A stretch of 47,838 nt of DNA from an uncultured Ruminococcus sp. Lineage in GTDB: Bacteria > Bacillota > Clostridia > Oscillospirales > Ruminococcaceae. The stretch lies in NCBI GenBank assembly GCA_964399025.1, contig CAYNPC010000001.1:1-47838 (forward strand), written 5' to 3'. Made by a program: the position numbers and the translations under genes. Positions 9,788 through 19,875 of this stretch are shown in pieces (the stretch's first letter is position 1; each line of letters begins with the position of its first letter). The notes under the pieces are model-generated. The model searched no databases. It was not told the origin of the DNA and saw only the letters and a program-made list of their open reading frames with translations.

Positions 9788-11029
9788 TTAAGAAACAGCT
9801 ACTTGTCGCCGTACAATTGTACCCTTCGGCATGGCAACCGGACACGGAAAGGCACATGGCATCATCGCATGATTGGCAACCGTAATCGGTACACCTTCGC
9901 CGTCATACAGCACACCATTCAGTGGCAAGGTCAACGGCTTCTGTTCTGGTGCCAGCAATTCCACCGTATCTTCTGCAAAAAAGCGGTTGCGCTGGGTGAC
10001 GTACAGCATTCCGTCTTTCCAGTCGTCCACAATGGCAACGACATCAAAACTGCGGTCATAGCTATTGTCTTCATATCGCTGTGCGTGTTCCGGTTTTCCG
10101 AAGAAAAATCCCGTGCAATATCCACGATGGCTCACTTTATAGACTTCGTCTCGTATCCACGCCGGCAACACAAAATCCGCCGTCGGCTGTTCCAGATACG
10201 CATCGACCGCTGCCCGATATGCATTGGTTACGACGGCAACGTAATAGGACGATTTTGCCCGTCCCTCCAGTTTCAGGCTGTCTACACCAGCCGCCATCAG
10301 TTCCGGAATGTGGTCAATCATGCAAAGGTCTTTTGCATTCATGATATACGTGCCCTCGTCATGCTCTTCCACTGGGAAATACTGTCCCGGTCGTGTTTCT
10401 TCCATCAGGTGATACTTCCAGCGACACGGCTGTGCACATGCGCCCTGATTGGCATCCCGTCCGGTCAGATAGGCGGACAGCAGGCAACGTCCCGAAAAGG
10501 AAACGCACATTGCCCCGTGGACGAACGCTTCCAATTCCAGTTCTTTCGGCGTTTTCGCACGGATTTCTGCAATCTCTTCCAGAGATAGTTCTCTCGCCAG
10601 TACGACCCGCTTCACGCCCATTTCATACAGCATATTGGCAGTCTCATAATTGACAATGCCGGTCTGTGTCGACATATGCACTTCCAGATCGGGGGCATAG
10701 CGACGAATCAGGGAAAGCAAGCCCAGATCGGCAACGATGACAGCATCTACGCCCGTCTGTACCACTTCCTGAAGAAACGGCACAAACTGCGGGATTTCTG
10801 CATTATGCGGCAGGGTGTTGCAAGTCAGATAGACTTTCACGCCCTTGGCGTGAGCAGCCTGCACCGCCGCTGCCAGCTGTTCCGTGGAAAAGTTGGCAGG
10901 TGCTGCTCGCATTGTGAATTGTTTTCCGCCCAGATAAATGGCATCTGCGCCATACTGCAAGGCGAACTGAAAGCGTTCCCAATCACCGGCAGGTGCTAAC
11001 ACTTCCGGTCTTCGTTTGTTGTTTTGCAT
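9788..11029 (-). CDS. Peptidase U32 family protein (YrrO/TrhP-like, probable tRNA hydroxylation)
   Basis: PEVLAPAG, HMSTQ, HGAMCVSFSGRCLLS...CAQPCRW and SLKLEGR motifs. Position downstream of mltG matches B. subtilis yrrL-yrrO. Confidence 0.9.
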   Translation of the reverse strand: MQNNKRRPEVLAPAGDWERFQFALQYGADAIYLGGKQFTMRAAPANFSTEQLAAAVQAAHAKGVKVYLTCNTLPHNAEIPQFVPFLQEVVQTGVDAVIVADLGLLSLIRRYAPDLEVHMSTQTGIVNYETANMLYEMGVKRVVLARELSLEEIAEIRAKTPKELELEAFVHGAMCVSFSGRCLLSAYLTGRDANQGACAQPCRWKYHLMEETRPGQYFPVEEHDEGTYIMNAKDLCMIDHIPELMAAGVDSLKLEGRAKSSYYVAVVTNAYRAAVDAYLEQPTADFVLPAWIRDEVYKVSHRGYCTGFFFGKPEHAQRYEDNSYDRSFDVVAIVDDWKDGMLYVTQRNRFFAEDTVELLAPEQKPLTLPLNGVLYDGEGVPITVANHAMMPCAFPCPVAMPKGTIVRRQVAVS

Positions 11030-12688
11030 TTATTCTTCTTCATCCTCTACCTGATCATCTGTTTCCGTTGTGGTTTCCAACGGAAGTCCGTTTTCATCTG
11101 TTGGCAGTTCTGTGCTAACGCTGGTGCCAACTCCCATGACCACTTTTGTGGTTGTGGTCTGACTGCCGCTTTCATTTGTCACAACGGTCTGCCGGCTGCG
11201 TTCCACCTTGTCAATCACGGCTTCGTGTTCCTGCAATGTCCGGCTGAAGTATGTCTCTCTGGTATCCAGATTGGAGTAGAAGTAATAGTAATCCGTATCT
11301 GCCGGATACAGTGCCGCACGGATTGCATCCAAGCCCGGATTGCAGATTGCCCCCGGTGGCAAGCCTTCTGATTCATACGTATCGTATGCCGTATACAAAT
11401 CCGGATCTGCCGTCTTGATGTTCGGCTTAATGACCTCTTCCACATAGTCACTGGTCGGGTCAGATTGCAGCTTTGGATATTCTGTCGGATTGTTCAACCG
11501 GTTCCAGAAGACAGAAGAAATCTTTGACATCTGGTCTACCGTTCCGGCTTCCGACTGAATCATAGATGCCAATGTCAGCATCTGATCCAGCGTAATGCCC
11601 AGCTCGTCCATGCGGTCATAGTATTCTTGTGTAATTTTGCTGTCGAAATTCTCCAGAATCTTCTGGCAAACCAGATCGACATCCATATCTTCATAGAAGA
11701 TGTAGGTATCTGGGAACAGATAGCCCTCCATCACATAGAATTTCTCATTGACAAAACTCGGCAGGTGCGATTCATACGTATAGCCATACTGAGAATGGTC
11801 ATTGAAGAAATCAATGAAATCATCTGCATCACAGACGTTGGTACTCTCCAATAAATCGGCAGCTTCCCGCAAGGTAATCCCCTCCGGAAAGGCAATCTGT
11901 ACCGTACCGGATGCGTTCATTGCCGGCGATGCCAGCTCTTCAAACAGGGTTTCATACGCCATATCTGGTCGCACTTCATGTTCACCGGCTGTAAATTCGC
12001 TGTCCTTGTCGCTCATACCAGCAAAGAACGTAAACAACTTCGGATGGGAAATAATGCCCTCTTCCTTGAGAATCTCTGCAATCTCAGCCGTATTGGCACC
12101 CGTCGGGATATTGACGAGCCGTGTCTTGGTATCGTTGTTGATGCCCAGCAGATCCTGTCCCAGTGTCATAACCGTGGCTGAAATGCCGATGGAAACCACC
12201 AGAATGGTCAGGGTGATGACCAGTGCAGAGGCAACCCGCCGTTTTTTCCGTTTCTTCTTTTTTACCTTTTTCTTTTTTGGCGCAACGGCTTCCTGCTGGC
12301 TGATGCCATCCAGATCCTCATAGAGTTGTGAGGTCTCCGTTGCAGAATACGTTTTCGGCGCAGCGACGTGCTGTCCAGCGGTGGCATTGGCGTGGAACGC
12401 CTGTGTCTGCCATTCTGTTTCCGCCTCCGGTATGGGTTCTGTTACGGGTGCTGCCGGCGCAGGAGCAACAACTGGCTGTGGGGCTGCGTGAAATGCGGCG
12501 GATGGTTCTGCCGCAGCATGAGAAACCGTCTGCCGCTGTTGCGGTGGCGGCGTTGGTTGCGCTGATTGTACTGATTGCACGGGCTGTGTCGGTTGTGTTG
12601 ACTTGCTGGTGGATCGCTCGGTATCATCCAGAATTTCTCGCAGAAGTGCGTCCCGATCCTGTGCATCTGTTTTCCGTTCACGCTCCAT
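11030..12688 (-). CDS. mltG: Endolytic transglycosylase MltG
   Basis: Disordered N-terminus, TM helix, FPEG, MEGYLFPDTY, LASMIQSEA, LQSDPT, GLPPGAICNPG. Confidence 0.93.
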   Translation of the reverse strand: MERERKTDAQDRDALLREILDDTERSTSKSTQPTQPVQSVQSAQPTPPPQQRQTVSHAAAEPSAAFHAAPQPVVAPAPAAPVTEPIPEAETEWQTQAFHANATAGQHVAAPKTYSATETSQLYEDLDGISQQEAVAPKKKKVKKKKRKKRRVASALVITLTILVVSIGISATVMTLGQDLLGINNDTKTRLVNIPTGANTAEIAEILKEEGIISHPKLFTFFAGMSDKDSEFTAGEHEVRPDMAYETLFEELASPAMNASGTVQIAFPEGITLREAADLLESTNVCDADDFIDFFNDHSQYGYTYESHLPSFVNEKFYVMEGYLFPDTYIFYEDMDVDLVCQKILENFDSKITQEYYDRMDELGITLDQMLTLASMIQSEAGTVDQMSKISSVFWNRLNNPTEYPKLQSDPTSDYVEEVIKPNIKTADPDLYTAYDTYESEGLPPGAICNPGLDAIRAALYPADTDYYYFYSNLDTRETYFSRTLQEHEAVIDKVERSRQTVVTNESGSQTTTTKVVMGVGTSVSTELPTDENGLPLETTTETDDQVEDEEE

Positions 12689-13262
12689 ATACTACCTCCT
12701 CTGTTTTCTCTGTCACAATGATCTGTACAGGTAAATCTGTTTCTTCTCTTGGCAACCGGTCTGTCAGAAAAGCAGACGGACAATATCCGACCCGTATCAA
12801 CTGCGGATACTGCTGTAAAAAGCGGTCGTAATAGCCACCGCCATATCCCAACCGGTAGCCCTGCAAATCGAATGCCATCCCCGGCACCAGACAGACCCCA
12901 CCTGTTTCCGGTGGTAAGAGAACCGGACAAGCGTCATCCGGTTCCAGAATGCCAAAAGCCCCTTTTTGCAGCTGCTGCAAATTTGTGACCTGACAGAAGA
13001 CCATCTGATGATCCGGCAGGCATTTCGGCAGGCAGACGATTTTTTCATCCTGCCATGCCTGTAATAAAATCCAATCCGTTGCCGGTTCTGCGGCAGTTGC
13101 CGCATAGGCAAACAAAACCGTACTCTGCCGATAGGCAGCCGTCTGACAAAACCGCTCCTGCATTGCCAGATCACAAGCTGTTTTCTCTGCTGCTGTCCGC
13201 TGTCGCCGCATGGTTCGGTATTGTTGCCGTAGCCGTTGTTTTTCTGCTTGCAGTTCAGGCAT
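12678..13262 (-). CDS. 5-formyltetrahydrofolate cyclo-ligase
   Basis: EKQRLR N-terminus, GAFGILEP, VPGMAFD..GYRLGYGGGYYDR. Start taken at MPELQ. Confidence 0.93.
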   Translation of the reverse strand: MPELQAEKQRLRQQYRTMRRQRTAAEKTACDLAMQERFCQTAAYRQSTVLFAYAATAAEPATDWILLQAWQDEKIVCLPKCLPDHQMVFCQVTNLQQLQKGAFGILEPDDACPVLLPPETGGVCLVPGMAFDLQGYRLGYGGGYYDRFLQQYPQLIRVGYCPSAFLTDRLPREETDLPVQIIVTEKTEEVVYGA

Positions 13263-13797
13263 AGACAATCGCCTGCCGGATTTTCTGGCTCTCTTCTTCG
13301 CCGCAGAGTGCTGCAATCAATGCCAGACCGAAATCCAATGCCACACCGGCACCTCTTGCGGTGATATACTTGCCATCCGTTACAACGCCATCTGTTCCGA
13401 CCGTTGCGCCCTCCAGTGCGTTTTCAAAGCCCGGATAGCAGACAGCATGTCTGCCCTGCAACAGCCCTCTGTGTCCCAGAATCGACGGGGCTGCACAGAT
13501 TGCTGCCAGATAGCGATCATTTTCTGCACAATACGTAATGGCAGCCTGTACCGCTTCCGAAGCTTCTTCGTTCAGCGTGCCCGGCATTCCGCCCGGCAAA
13601 ACAATCATTTCCAGTGCATCATCCAGCTGGATGGCATCCTGTGTGATGTCTGCGGAAACAGAAATCCCATGGGAACTGGTCACTGTTTTCCCTGTGACAC
13701 CAACTGTTACAACTGTTTTTCCGGCACGCCGCAGCAAATCAATCGGTGCAATGGCTTCTGTCTCTTCAAATCCATCTGCTAAAAATACATAAATCAT
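13255..13797 (-). CDS. DJ-1/PfpI (YajL/ThiJ-like) glyoxalase III
   Basis: LADGFEETEA, LPGGMPG, AAICAAP, TARGAG. Confidence 0.93.
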   Translation of the reverse strand: MIYVFLADGFEETEAIAPIDLLRRAGKTVVTVGVTGKTVTSSHGISVSADITQDAIQLDDALEMIVLPGGMPGTLNEEASEAVQAAITYCAENDRYLAAICAAPSILGHRGLLQGRHAVCYPGFENALEGATVGTDGVVTDGKYITARGAGVALDFGLALIAALCGEEESQKIRQAIVYA

Positions 13798-13842
13798 ACG
13801 CTCTCGTCCTTTCCGTTTCCTGTGTTTGGTGTTCGTCTGTTC

Positions 13843-14733
13843 TTACAAAATACAGAGCGTTCCTTTTTCCAGCAGATACGCCGGATAATAGGACGCTTTT
13901 GCCTGCCGCAAGCCGGCAATGCCCAGATCCTCTTCCCGATTGAGATAGGGATACCCTGCGGCAAACCGCTCTGTAAATGCCTGTGTCAGGGCGGTATAAG
14001 CCCCTTGATAGGCAATGTCTGCTTTTTCGATATGCGTCACGAATGTATTCCGGTTCAGGGGTTCGCCGATGGAAAACCCGACCAGCTTCCCTGCTACCCG
14101 CAACACACCGCCACACAACCCCAGTTCTTGAAAGTGTGTAAAAAACGTGTGGATGGCATACTGTTCCACCACGCTGGAGCGGTCACTGTAACCATCTTTC
14201 TGATTGTACAGATTTGCGCTGAATGCGATACAGGCTTCTGCATCCGCTTCCGTCAATTCGGAAAACGTCCAATCATACCGGTTGCGGAACTGGTGCAGAT
14301 GATTTCGTTTTTTGTGATACCGTTTGCCTTTCAGGGCAATCAGATCTTCTGTATGATAGATATAATCAAACGCAGCTGCATCGGGCTGCCAGACTGCATC
14401 CGGAAATCTCGTCTGCAAAAACGCAGCCATTTCCCTTGTGACCCCTGTCAAGCGCAGCGGTTCGCCGTGCGGACAGAGTGTCTCACGCAGTTCCCGCAAC
14501 AGGGCATCCCAGTCACCGCTCCCACTCGGCACGGTCACATCCGGAATGCCGTCTTCTGTCCCGAACGCTGCAATGATATAAAATCCCTGAAACGAGGCAA
14601 TGCGGGAATCATATGCCCGATACCACGCCAGATTGTTGGAAAAGCAATACTCACAGCCCTGAAACTGCGACTGCTGCAACGCCGCTGTAATCCACGGGCG
14701 GTCTGCCATCGAAATGGTGCGGAATGTCAGCAT
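13843..14733 (-). CDS. DUF2156 family protein (GNAT-like, aminoacyl-PG synthase C-terminal-like)
   Basis: CEYCFSN, DYIY..EDL..LKGKRYHKKRNH, HIEKA, NREEDLGI.GLRQAK.SYYP. Start at MLTFR. Confidence 0.85.
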   Translation of the reverse strand: MLTFRTISMADRPWITAALQQSQFQGCEYCFSNNLAWYRAYDSRIASFQGFYIIAAFGTEDGIPDVTVPSGSGDWDALLRELRETLCPHGEPLRLTGVTREMAAFLQTRFPDAVWQPDAAAFDYIYHTEDLIALKGKRYHKKRNHLHQFRNRYDWTFSELTEADAEACIAFSANLYNQKDGYSDRSSVVEQYAIHTFFTHFQELGLCGGVLRVAGKLVGFSIGEPLNRNTFVTHIEKADIAYQGAYTALTQAFTERFAAGYPYLNREEDLGIAGLRQAKASYYPAYLLEKGTLCIL

Positions 14734-15413
14734 GATGCATTCCCTTTCCAGAGTGCCTGCACCTGCTGCAACAGAGCTGCCTGAATGGTTTCCACCGGCA
14801 GCGGTTCGCCGTCCTTGCTGCACGGCAGCACCTGCCAATGCAGTTTTTCGGCTGCATAATACGCCGCCTGCTGACATTGCAACTGGAATGCAATATCCGA
14901 TTCATGCAAATCTTTTTTCTCCAGATCGCCGTGATAGCGTTTTGCAAGCAATTGCTGCTGCACCGAAACCGGCATATCCAGATAAATGACGGCATCCGGT
15001 TCCGGCAAGCCCAAGCGATGATATTCATACTCTGCCAGCCAGTTGAGATACGCATCCCATTCCGTCTCCGGCAGTTTTCCCATCTGATAAATGGCATTCG
15101 ATGTTGTATACCGGCTCGCCAGAATGCAAGTGCCGTTATGATACGCCTGCTCCCAGTGTAGCCGGTAATTGGCATAGCGGTCAACCGCATAGAAGCTGGA
15201 AGCGGCATACGCATTCACGCCATCCGGTGTGTGCGAAAAATCGCCACGCAGATACATCTTGACCAGCGATGCCGAAGGGCTGTCATAATCCGGAAAGCTG
15301 ACCGCCTGTACGTCAATGCCCTGCTGCTGCAAAGCGGTCTGCAACAGGGCAAATTGTGTCGATTTTCCACTCCCGTCCAATCCGTCCAGTACCAGCAGTT
15401 TGCCGTTTGCCAT
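14727..15413 (-). CDS. tmk: Thymidylate kinase
   Basis: P-loop GLDGSGKST, SFPDY, position directly downstream of thyX. Confidence 0.88.
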   Translation of the reverse strand: MANGKLLVLDGLDGSGKSTQFALLQTALQQQGIDVQAVSFPDYDSPSASLVKMYLRGDFSHTPDGVNAYAASSFYAVDRYANYRLHWEQAYHNGTCILASRYTTSNAIYQMGKLPETEWDAYLNWLAEYEYHRLGLPEPDAVIYLDMPVSVQQQLLAKRYHGDLEKKDLHESDIAFQLQCQQAAYYAAEKLHWQVLPCSKDGEPLPVETIQAALLQQVQALWKGNASC

Positions 15414-15420
15414 AAAAAAA

Positions 15421-16182
15421 TCACCTCAAAGTTTCAAATTGCTTTCGCACTTCTGCTGCGTGTCCGCAGGTCATTTTCCCTTCCGGACATCCGCCCTGAC
15501 AACAGCCGGGACCAGCGTGCCGGAAGAGGGCAGGGGCGGTCTGACAGCAGAGCTGCAACATCGCAGTTGCCAGTTCCCGAATTTCCCACTGTGCCCGATT
15601 GCAGCAGCGCAGCTGGAAGAAATGGCGCAGACTGCGGACATTCATTGTCACCATCATTTTTGTTTCACACGCATTGGGCAACACATAACGTGCATCCTCA
15701 ATGGCTTTTTTCTCCGCCTTCGAACGAGCCGCTTTTTCACTGCAACCCTCCGCCAGAAACTGCGGATAATACGTTGCCTGCAACCGGTCAGCGAGGGCGT
15801 TGTACGCCTGTACTGTCTGTTCCATCGTGCGATGATAGCAGGCTGCCGCTTCCGGATCCGCCGCAATCGCAGGCGGTGTGACATACGTAAACTGATTTTT
15901 CCGGACGTAACGCTGACTCTGCACCGAAAAAGAAGCAATCCGGTGACGGGTAATCTGTGCCAGCAGAGAACGGGAAACGCCAGCGATGCCGAATGTAAAC
16001 GTGACATGTTCCACCGGACTTTCGTGTCCCATTTCCTCCAACATGCCAACGAAGCGTTCTGCCTGTTCCGGCTGCATGGTATCCATCAAGGACTCCACCG
16101 TAGAATCTGTGTAACAAAGCTTTGCCGCTGCTGCGATGGTCTGTTCCGGCAGCGGTGTATGCGTAATTAACGTAACCGTCAA
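15421..16182 (-). CDS. thyX: FAD-dependent thymidylate synthase
   Basis: GHESPVEH and RHRIASFSVQSQRY signature. TTG start at 16182 with GGAGG RBS upstream. Confidence 0.95.
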   Translation of the reverse strand: MTVTLITHTPLPEQTIAAAAKLCYTDSTVESLMDTMQPEQAERFVGMLEEMGHESPVEHVTFTFGIAGVSRSLLAQITRHRIASFSVQSQRYVRKNQFTYVTPPAIAADPEAAACYHRTMEQTVQAYNALADRLQATYYPQFLAEGCSEKAARSKAEKKAIEDARYVLPNACETKMMVTMNVRSLRHFFQLRCCNRAQWEIRELATAMLQLCCQTAPALFRHAGPGCCQGGCPEGKMTCGHAAEVRKQFETLR

Positions 16183-16213
16183 AGTGGTACCACCTCCAAT
16201 CAAAACTGCATTT

Positions 16214-16242
16214 ATTATAGCATACTTCGTCCAACCCGTCAA
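16214..16242 (-). promoter_or_regulatory. sigma-A promoter of the thyX operon
   Basis: Minus strand TTGACG-17bp-TATAAT with a TG extension. Confidence 0.75.
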
Positions 16243-16271
16243 GGAGATGGTTACATGCCCCAGCAGAAATA

Positions 16272-16307
16272 GAAAAAGCCGCCCCCTCCGAAGAAAGGGC
16301 GGTTTTC
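16272..16307 (-). terminator. Intrinsic terminator
   Basis: AAAACCGCCC...GGGCGGCTTTTT immediately after the stop of the 16308 gene. Confidence 0.7.
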
Positions 16308-16610
16308 TCATGCTGTCGTCACTGGATTGTTGTCGCTTTCTTGTTCGGCACGGTGCAACCATGCCGCTGCTAAATCCAATGCTGCATACAAGGACGGTCG
16401 CTTCGCCGTCCGGACGCTGCGGTTTTCATCTGTTGACAACTGGTAAATCTGTATCTGATCTGCAACTGGTATGCCGCTGTGCTGACTCTGATGCTTCACT
16501 CGCATCATCACGACATAAGGATCACTCATATAGCCGTAATAAATGCAGCTGCCGTTGCGCACCAGCGGATAGCCTTTGTATAAAAAAATTTCTTGCTCCA
16601 CGATACCCAT
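16308..16610 (-). CDS. Hypothetical protein (100 aa)
   Basis: GAAAGG RBS, fills the gap between the DUF4340 gene and a terminator. Confidence 0.7.
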   Translation of the reverse strand: MGIVEQEIFLYKGYPLVRNGSCIYYGYMSDPYVVMMRVKHQSQHSGIPVADQIQIYQLSTDENRSVRTAKRPSLYAALDLAAAWLHRAEQESDNNPVTTA

Positions 16611-16649
16611 CCTTTCCTGTAATACGTTTTTTGATCTTAGAAAATTGCG

Positions 16650-18179
16650 TTACTGCCAGGTTGTCTGAAAATCTTCGTCTGTATCAAAAATTTCCAGATT
16701 GTTCTGTAAAGCGTCCAGATACGAAGGACGACACTCGAAGCTCAGCACCCCATCTACAGCGATGTAACAGGTGAAATCGTCGATCCGGTAGAAGGACACC
16801 GTCCGGTCTTCTTTCCCGTCATAGGTACTGTAATGAATCTCTGCATCCGGCGTTCCGGTCGGGGTGTCTCCCAACACCACTTCTTCTGCTGCGGTCTGGA
16901 GCAGGAAGGAATAGAACAGCCGATACCGTTCCGTATCCACTTCTTCGCCATCTCTTGTAATGGCTGCGGTTTCTGCATCCGTTCCGCTGTTGACGAAGCT
17001 TGCGCTTTCCGAACCAACGGTCACATCCAGTTGATTGACATCCCATACATACGTTGTGAAAATCAACTTCGATGCCAATCCGGTCGGCGTAATGGTTGCC
17101 CACGGGCAGCTGTCAGATGCAACTGCATACAGAATGTCGTTGCCTTCCAGCATGACCGGATAATATGTGTCCGAAGTGCCGTCTTCGTCTGTCTCTGTCA
17201 CAGCTGCACCAATATACAATGTATACGTGCTCTTGTCATCACACGCCAGTGTCAATGTTGCAAACGGTTCGGTAATGCCAGCAGCTTCCTTTGCGGCATC
17301 GTCCGGATGAACTTCCAGAATTTCACTGGCGGTCAGTCCGAACAAATCATTGATGACAGAATCCGAACGCTCCACGCTCAGGTAAGCAGAAATCGGAGAC
17401 GTCATCACATAATCGGATGCTGCACCACCGCTGTTTTCATCGTTGGCATCGCTCTGATAGGTCAGTACAATCGGCTGCTCCAGATCTTCCCGTGTGATGG
17501 TTACGGTCTGGATGGTCGGTGTATCAGTATCGTCATCGTCATCATCGTCATCCAACGATTCCTGAATGGTAGTACTCAGAAAATCCGTAGCCGACTTGCT
17601 GTAGTTTGCCACCAGAGAAGTCTTTACTGTATAAACCGTATCGCTTCCCTCGATTGCAAAATAATTGCTGCTGCTACTGGAAACGCTGTCCCCGATTCGG
17701 AAAGAGAATGTCGTACCGTCTTCGAACTGCATCTCGGCACAGATGGCACTGTCACCCAATCCGAATTTGTCCAGATCGTCTGTATGTGCTTCCACACACT
17801 GTTCTGCTTCCAGATCGGCGACGTTATTCGCAAGGGTTCGAATCAGTGACGTATTGGTTGGGAGATCCTCCCAACCTTCTACGCCAAAGGTCGCACTCTG
17901 TTCTTCTTCGTCATCGGTGGCTGCAACGGCTTCCTGTGTCCGGACAACCACGTAACTGCCGGTGTCATTGGTGACGGTAATTTTCGTCACGTCATCTGTT
18001 TCCTGCTCCGAAAGAACCAGCGAAACCTGATCCTCAGCGGATGTGGTGTCTTCTACTGTTTCACTGCTGCTCTCCTCTTCGACGGGACGGGTCAGCAATA
18101 CAACGCCGCCCACGAGCAACAGCAAAACGGCTACCCCACAAATGATTCCAATGGTTTGTTTTTTCTGCATCGGTTTCAC
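16650..18179 (-). CDS. DUF4340 domain membrane-anchored protein (ABC accessory)
   Basis: N-terminal TM, acidic extracellular domain with DLDKFGL-type repeats, last gene of a Gld-like ABC cluster. True start may be the ATG at 18170. Confidence 0.8.
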   Translation of the reverse strand: MKPMQKKQTIGIICGVAVLLLLVGGVVLLTRPVEEESSSETVEDTTSAEDQVSLVLSEQETDDVTKITVTNDTGSYVVVRTQEAVAATDDEEEQSATFGVEGWEDLPTNTSLIRTLANNVADLEAEQCVEAHTDDLDKFGLGDSAICAEMQFEDGTTFSFRIGDSVSSSSSNYFAIEGSDTVYTVKTSLVANYSKSATDFLSTTIQESLDDDDDDDDTDTPTIQTVTITREDLEQPIVLTYQSDANDENSGGAASDYVMTSPISAYLSVERSDSVINDLFGLTASEILEVHPDDAAKEAAGITEPFATLTLACDDKSTYTLYIGAAVTETDEDGTSDTYYPVMLEGNDILYAVASDSCPWATITPTGLASKLIFTTYVWDVNQLDVTVGSESASFVNSGTDAETAAITRDGEEVDTERYRLFYSFLLQTAAEEVVLGDTPTGTPDAEIHYSTYDGKEDRTVSFYRIDDFTCYIAVDGVLSFECRPSYLDALQNNLEIFDTDEDFQTTWQ

Positions 18180-18193
18180 AGTCCTTTCTCTGA

Positions 18194-19861
18194 TTAGCGG
18201 CTCTTTCTGCGTGCCCAGATTACCACGCCGATGACAACCATAATTGCCGGAATGACAACAATGACAACGGTCGTCAGCATCTTCAGCTGCGATTCTGTTG
18301 CATCAATCGAAGAGATGCTCAGATCCTTTGTGGCAATGACAATGCTGTCTTCCTTGCCGCAGATGGTATTCAATGCGCTGATGAAATATTCTGCATTGTT
18401 ATAAGAGCTGTCCTGTGCAACATAGTAGTCAAAATAAGCCATAGAACCGATGACCATCACGTCGCTTTCCAGCAGTTCACTATCCTGAGAAATCTGATTC
18501 TGTGAGTACGCCATAACAGAATAGCTGCTCCGTTCTGCGTTCTCCGAATCAAAAGTTGTCGTTGTCGTTGCTTCTGTGGTTTCTTCTTCCGTTGCCTCTG
18601 TCGTATCTTCTGTATCGGTATCGCCATTCTGAGCTGCTTCTGCTCGTTCTGCGTTGCTGTCCAGATTCAGCGGCACGCAATAAGAAGTATCAGCGGTTGT
18701 CAGCAGGTCGGTTACGACTCTGCCGTTATTGGAATCTCTTGTGAGAATCGGACGGGAAACCGGCGCAACGATTGGCAGGGAGGTGTTATTCAGACCGCTG
18801 CTGTAATCCGAGCTGGCAATTGTGACAATCGGTGCATACATCCGCTGGCTACCAGCAACCAACAGGGTCACTGCCTGCTGGGTGGAAGAATTGTCGTCAA
18901 TGACATAGCTGGTGTCAACAACAATATTCCAATCCTTCAGGAATGCATCCAGATTCGGGGTGTTGCCCTGTGTGAAGTCTGCAATATAGAGCAACCGCTT
19001 GCCGAGGTTGCCATCGTTATGCAGGAAGTCTTCCAGCTTGTCGATGGCATCGACCGTCAGGTCATTGACCGGTGCTGGCAGAACCAGCAGATCATAATCA
19101 TCCGGTGAAATGTCATCTGTTACCATATCCAGCTGGGTGACATCATAGCCGTTGTCATCCAACAGCGTGCTCAGTACCTGTGCAGCGTAGATGTTCCCAT
19201 TGGTTGGGTTGTAAATCGTATCGCCATTTGAGGTCATAATCAGACCCACCCGCTGCGGATTGGCATCTGTTACGTTCATAATGGCATTTGTCAGAGACTG
19301 TTCACCGCTGAAACCGGTGATGCAATCTGACAGAGAAGCCTGTCCATAATAATAATATTGCAGCATCGTGGAATCCATATCAAAGAAATCAGAAACAGAA
19401 AATACTTTTATCCGGTCACCGCAGCTGACAATGACATTGTCAGAACTGATCGTACCGCTGTAGTTGCTCTGATACTTGGAGAGAATATCCGGATTCTTGG
19501 TGGTGTCGAAATATGTCACAGAAATCATATCAGAATAGCTCTGATAGCGTTGCAGCAACTCCGTTACCATCTTCAGATAGGAATCCTTTTCCAGTGTGCT
19601 CTCCTCTGTGGAAACGGCGATTTCCACTTCTTCGTCCAGATTCTTGATGTAATCCAGTGTTTCATCGGAAACCTCATAGACACTGGAGGTGGTCAGATCC
19701 AGCTTGGCATTCGGATAGCGTTCCACCAGCAAGCCAACAACCACGTTCAACAAAATCACAATGGCTGTGACAATCAGCGTAACGACTGCGGCAATGCTGC
19801 CGTACTTCATTTTCTTTTTGCGCTGCTTTTTCTTGAGCAGCTTTGCTTCCTGTTGTTCCAT
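18194..19861 (-). CDS. GldG-family ABC transporter auxiliary component
   Basis: N- and C-terminal TM, KLDLT...Y.VS..T, EQSLTNAI, DLLVLPAP..D motifs. Confidence 0.85.
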   Translation of the reverse strand: MEQQEAKLLKKKQRKKKMKYGSIAAVVTLIVTAIVILLNVVVGLLVERYPNAKLDLTTSSVYEVSDETLDYIKNLDEEVEIAVSTEESTLEKDSYLKMVTELLQRYQSYSDMISVTYFDTTKNPDILSKYQSNYSGTISSDNVIVSCGDRIKVFSVSDFFDMDSTMLQYYYYGQASLSDCITGFSGEQSLTNAIMNVTDANPQRVGLIMTSNGDTIYNPTNGNIYAAQVLSTLLDDNGYDVTQLDMVTDDISPDDYDLLVLPAPVNDLTVDAIDKLEDFLHNDGNLGKRLLYIADFTQGNTPNLDAFLKDWNIVVDTSYVIDDNSSTQQAVTLLVAGSQRMYAPIVTIASSDYSSGLNNTSLPIVAPVSRPILTRDSNNGRVVTDLLTTADTSYCVPLNLDSNAERAEAAQNGDTDTEDTTEATEEETTEATTTTTFDSENAERSSYSVMAYSQNQISQDSELLESDVMVIGSMAYFDYYVAQDSSYNNAEYFISALNTICGKEDSIVIATKDLSISSIDATESQLKMLTTVVIVVIPAIMVVIGVVIWARRKSR

Positions 19862-19875
19862 TTACCGTTTCCTCC

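Noticed and set aside
16183-16362. N-terminal extension of the thyX ORF
   Set aside because: Spans a terminator and a promoter; the TTG at 16182 has a proper RBS.
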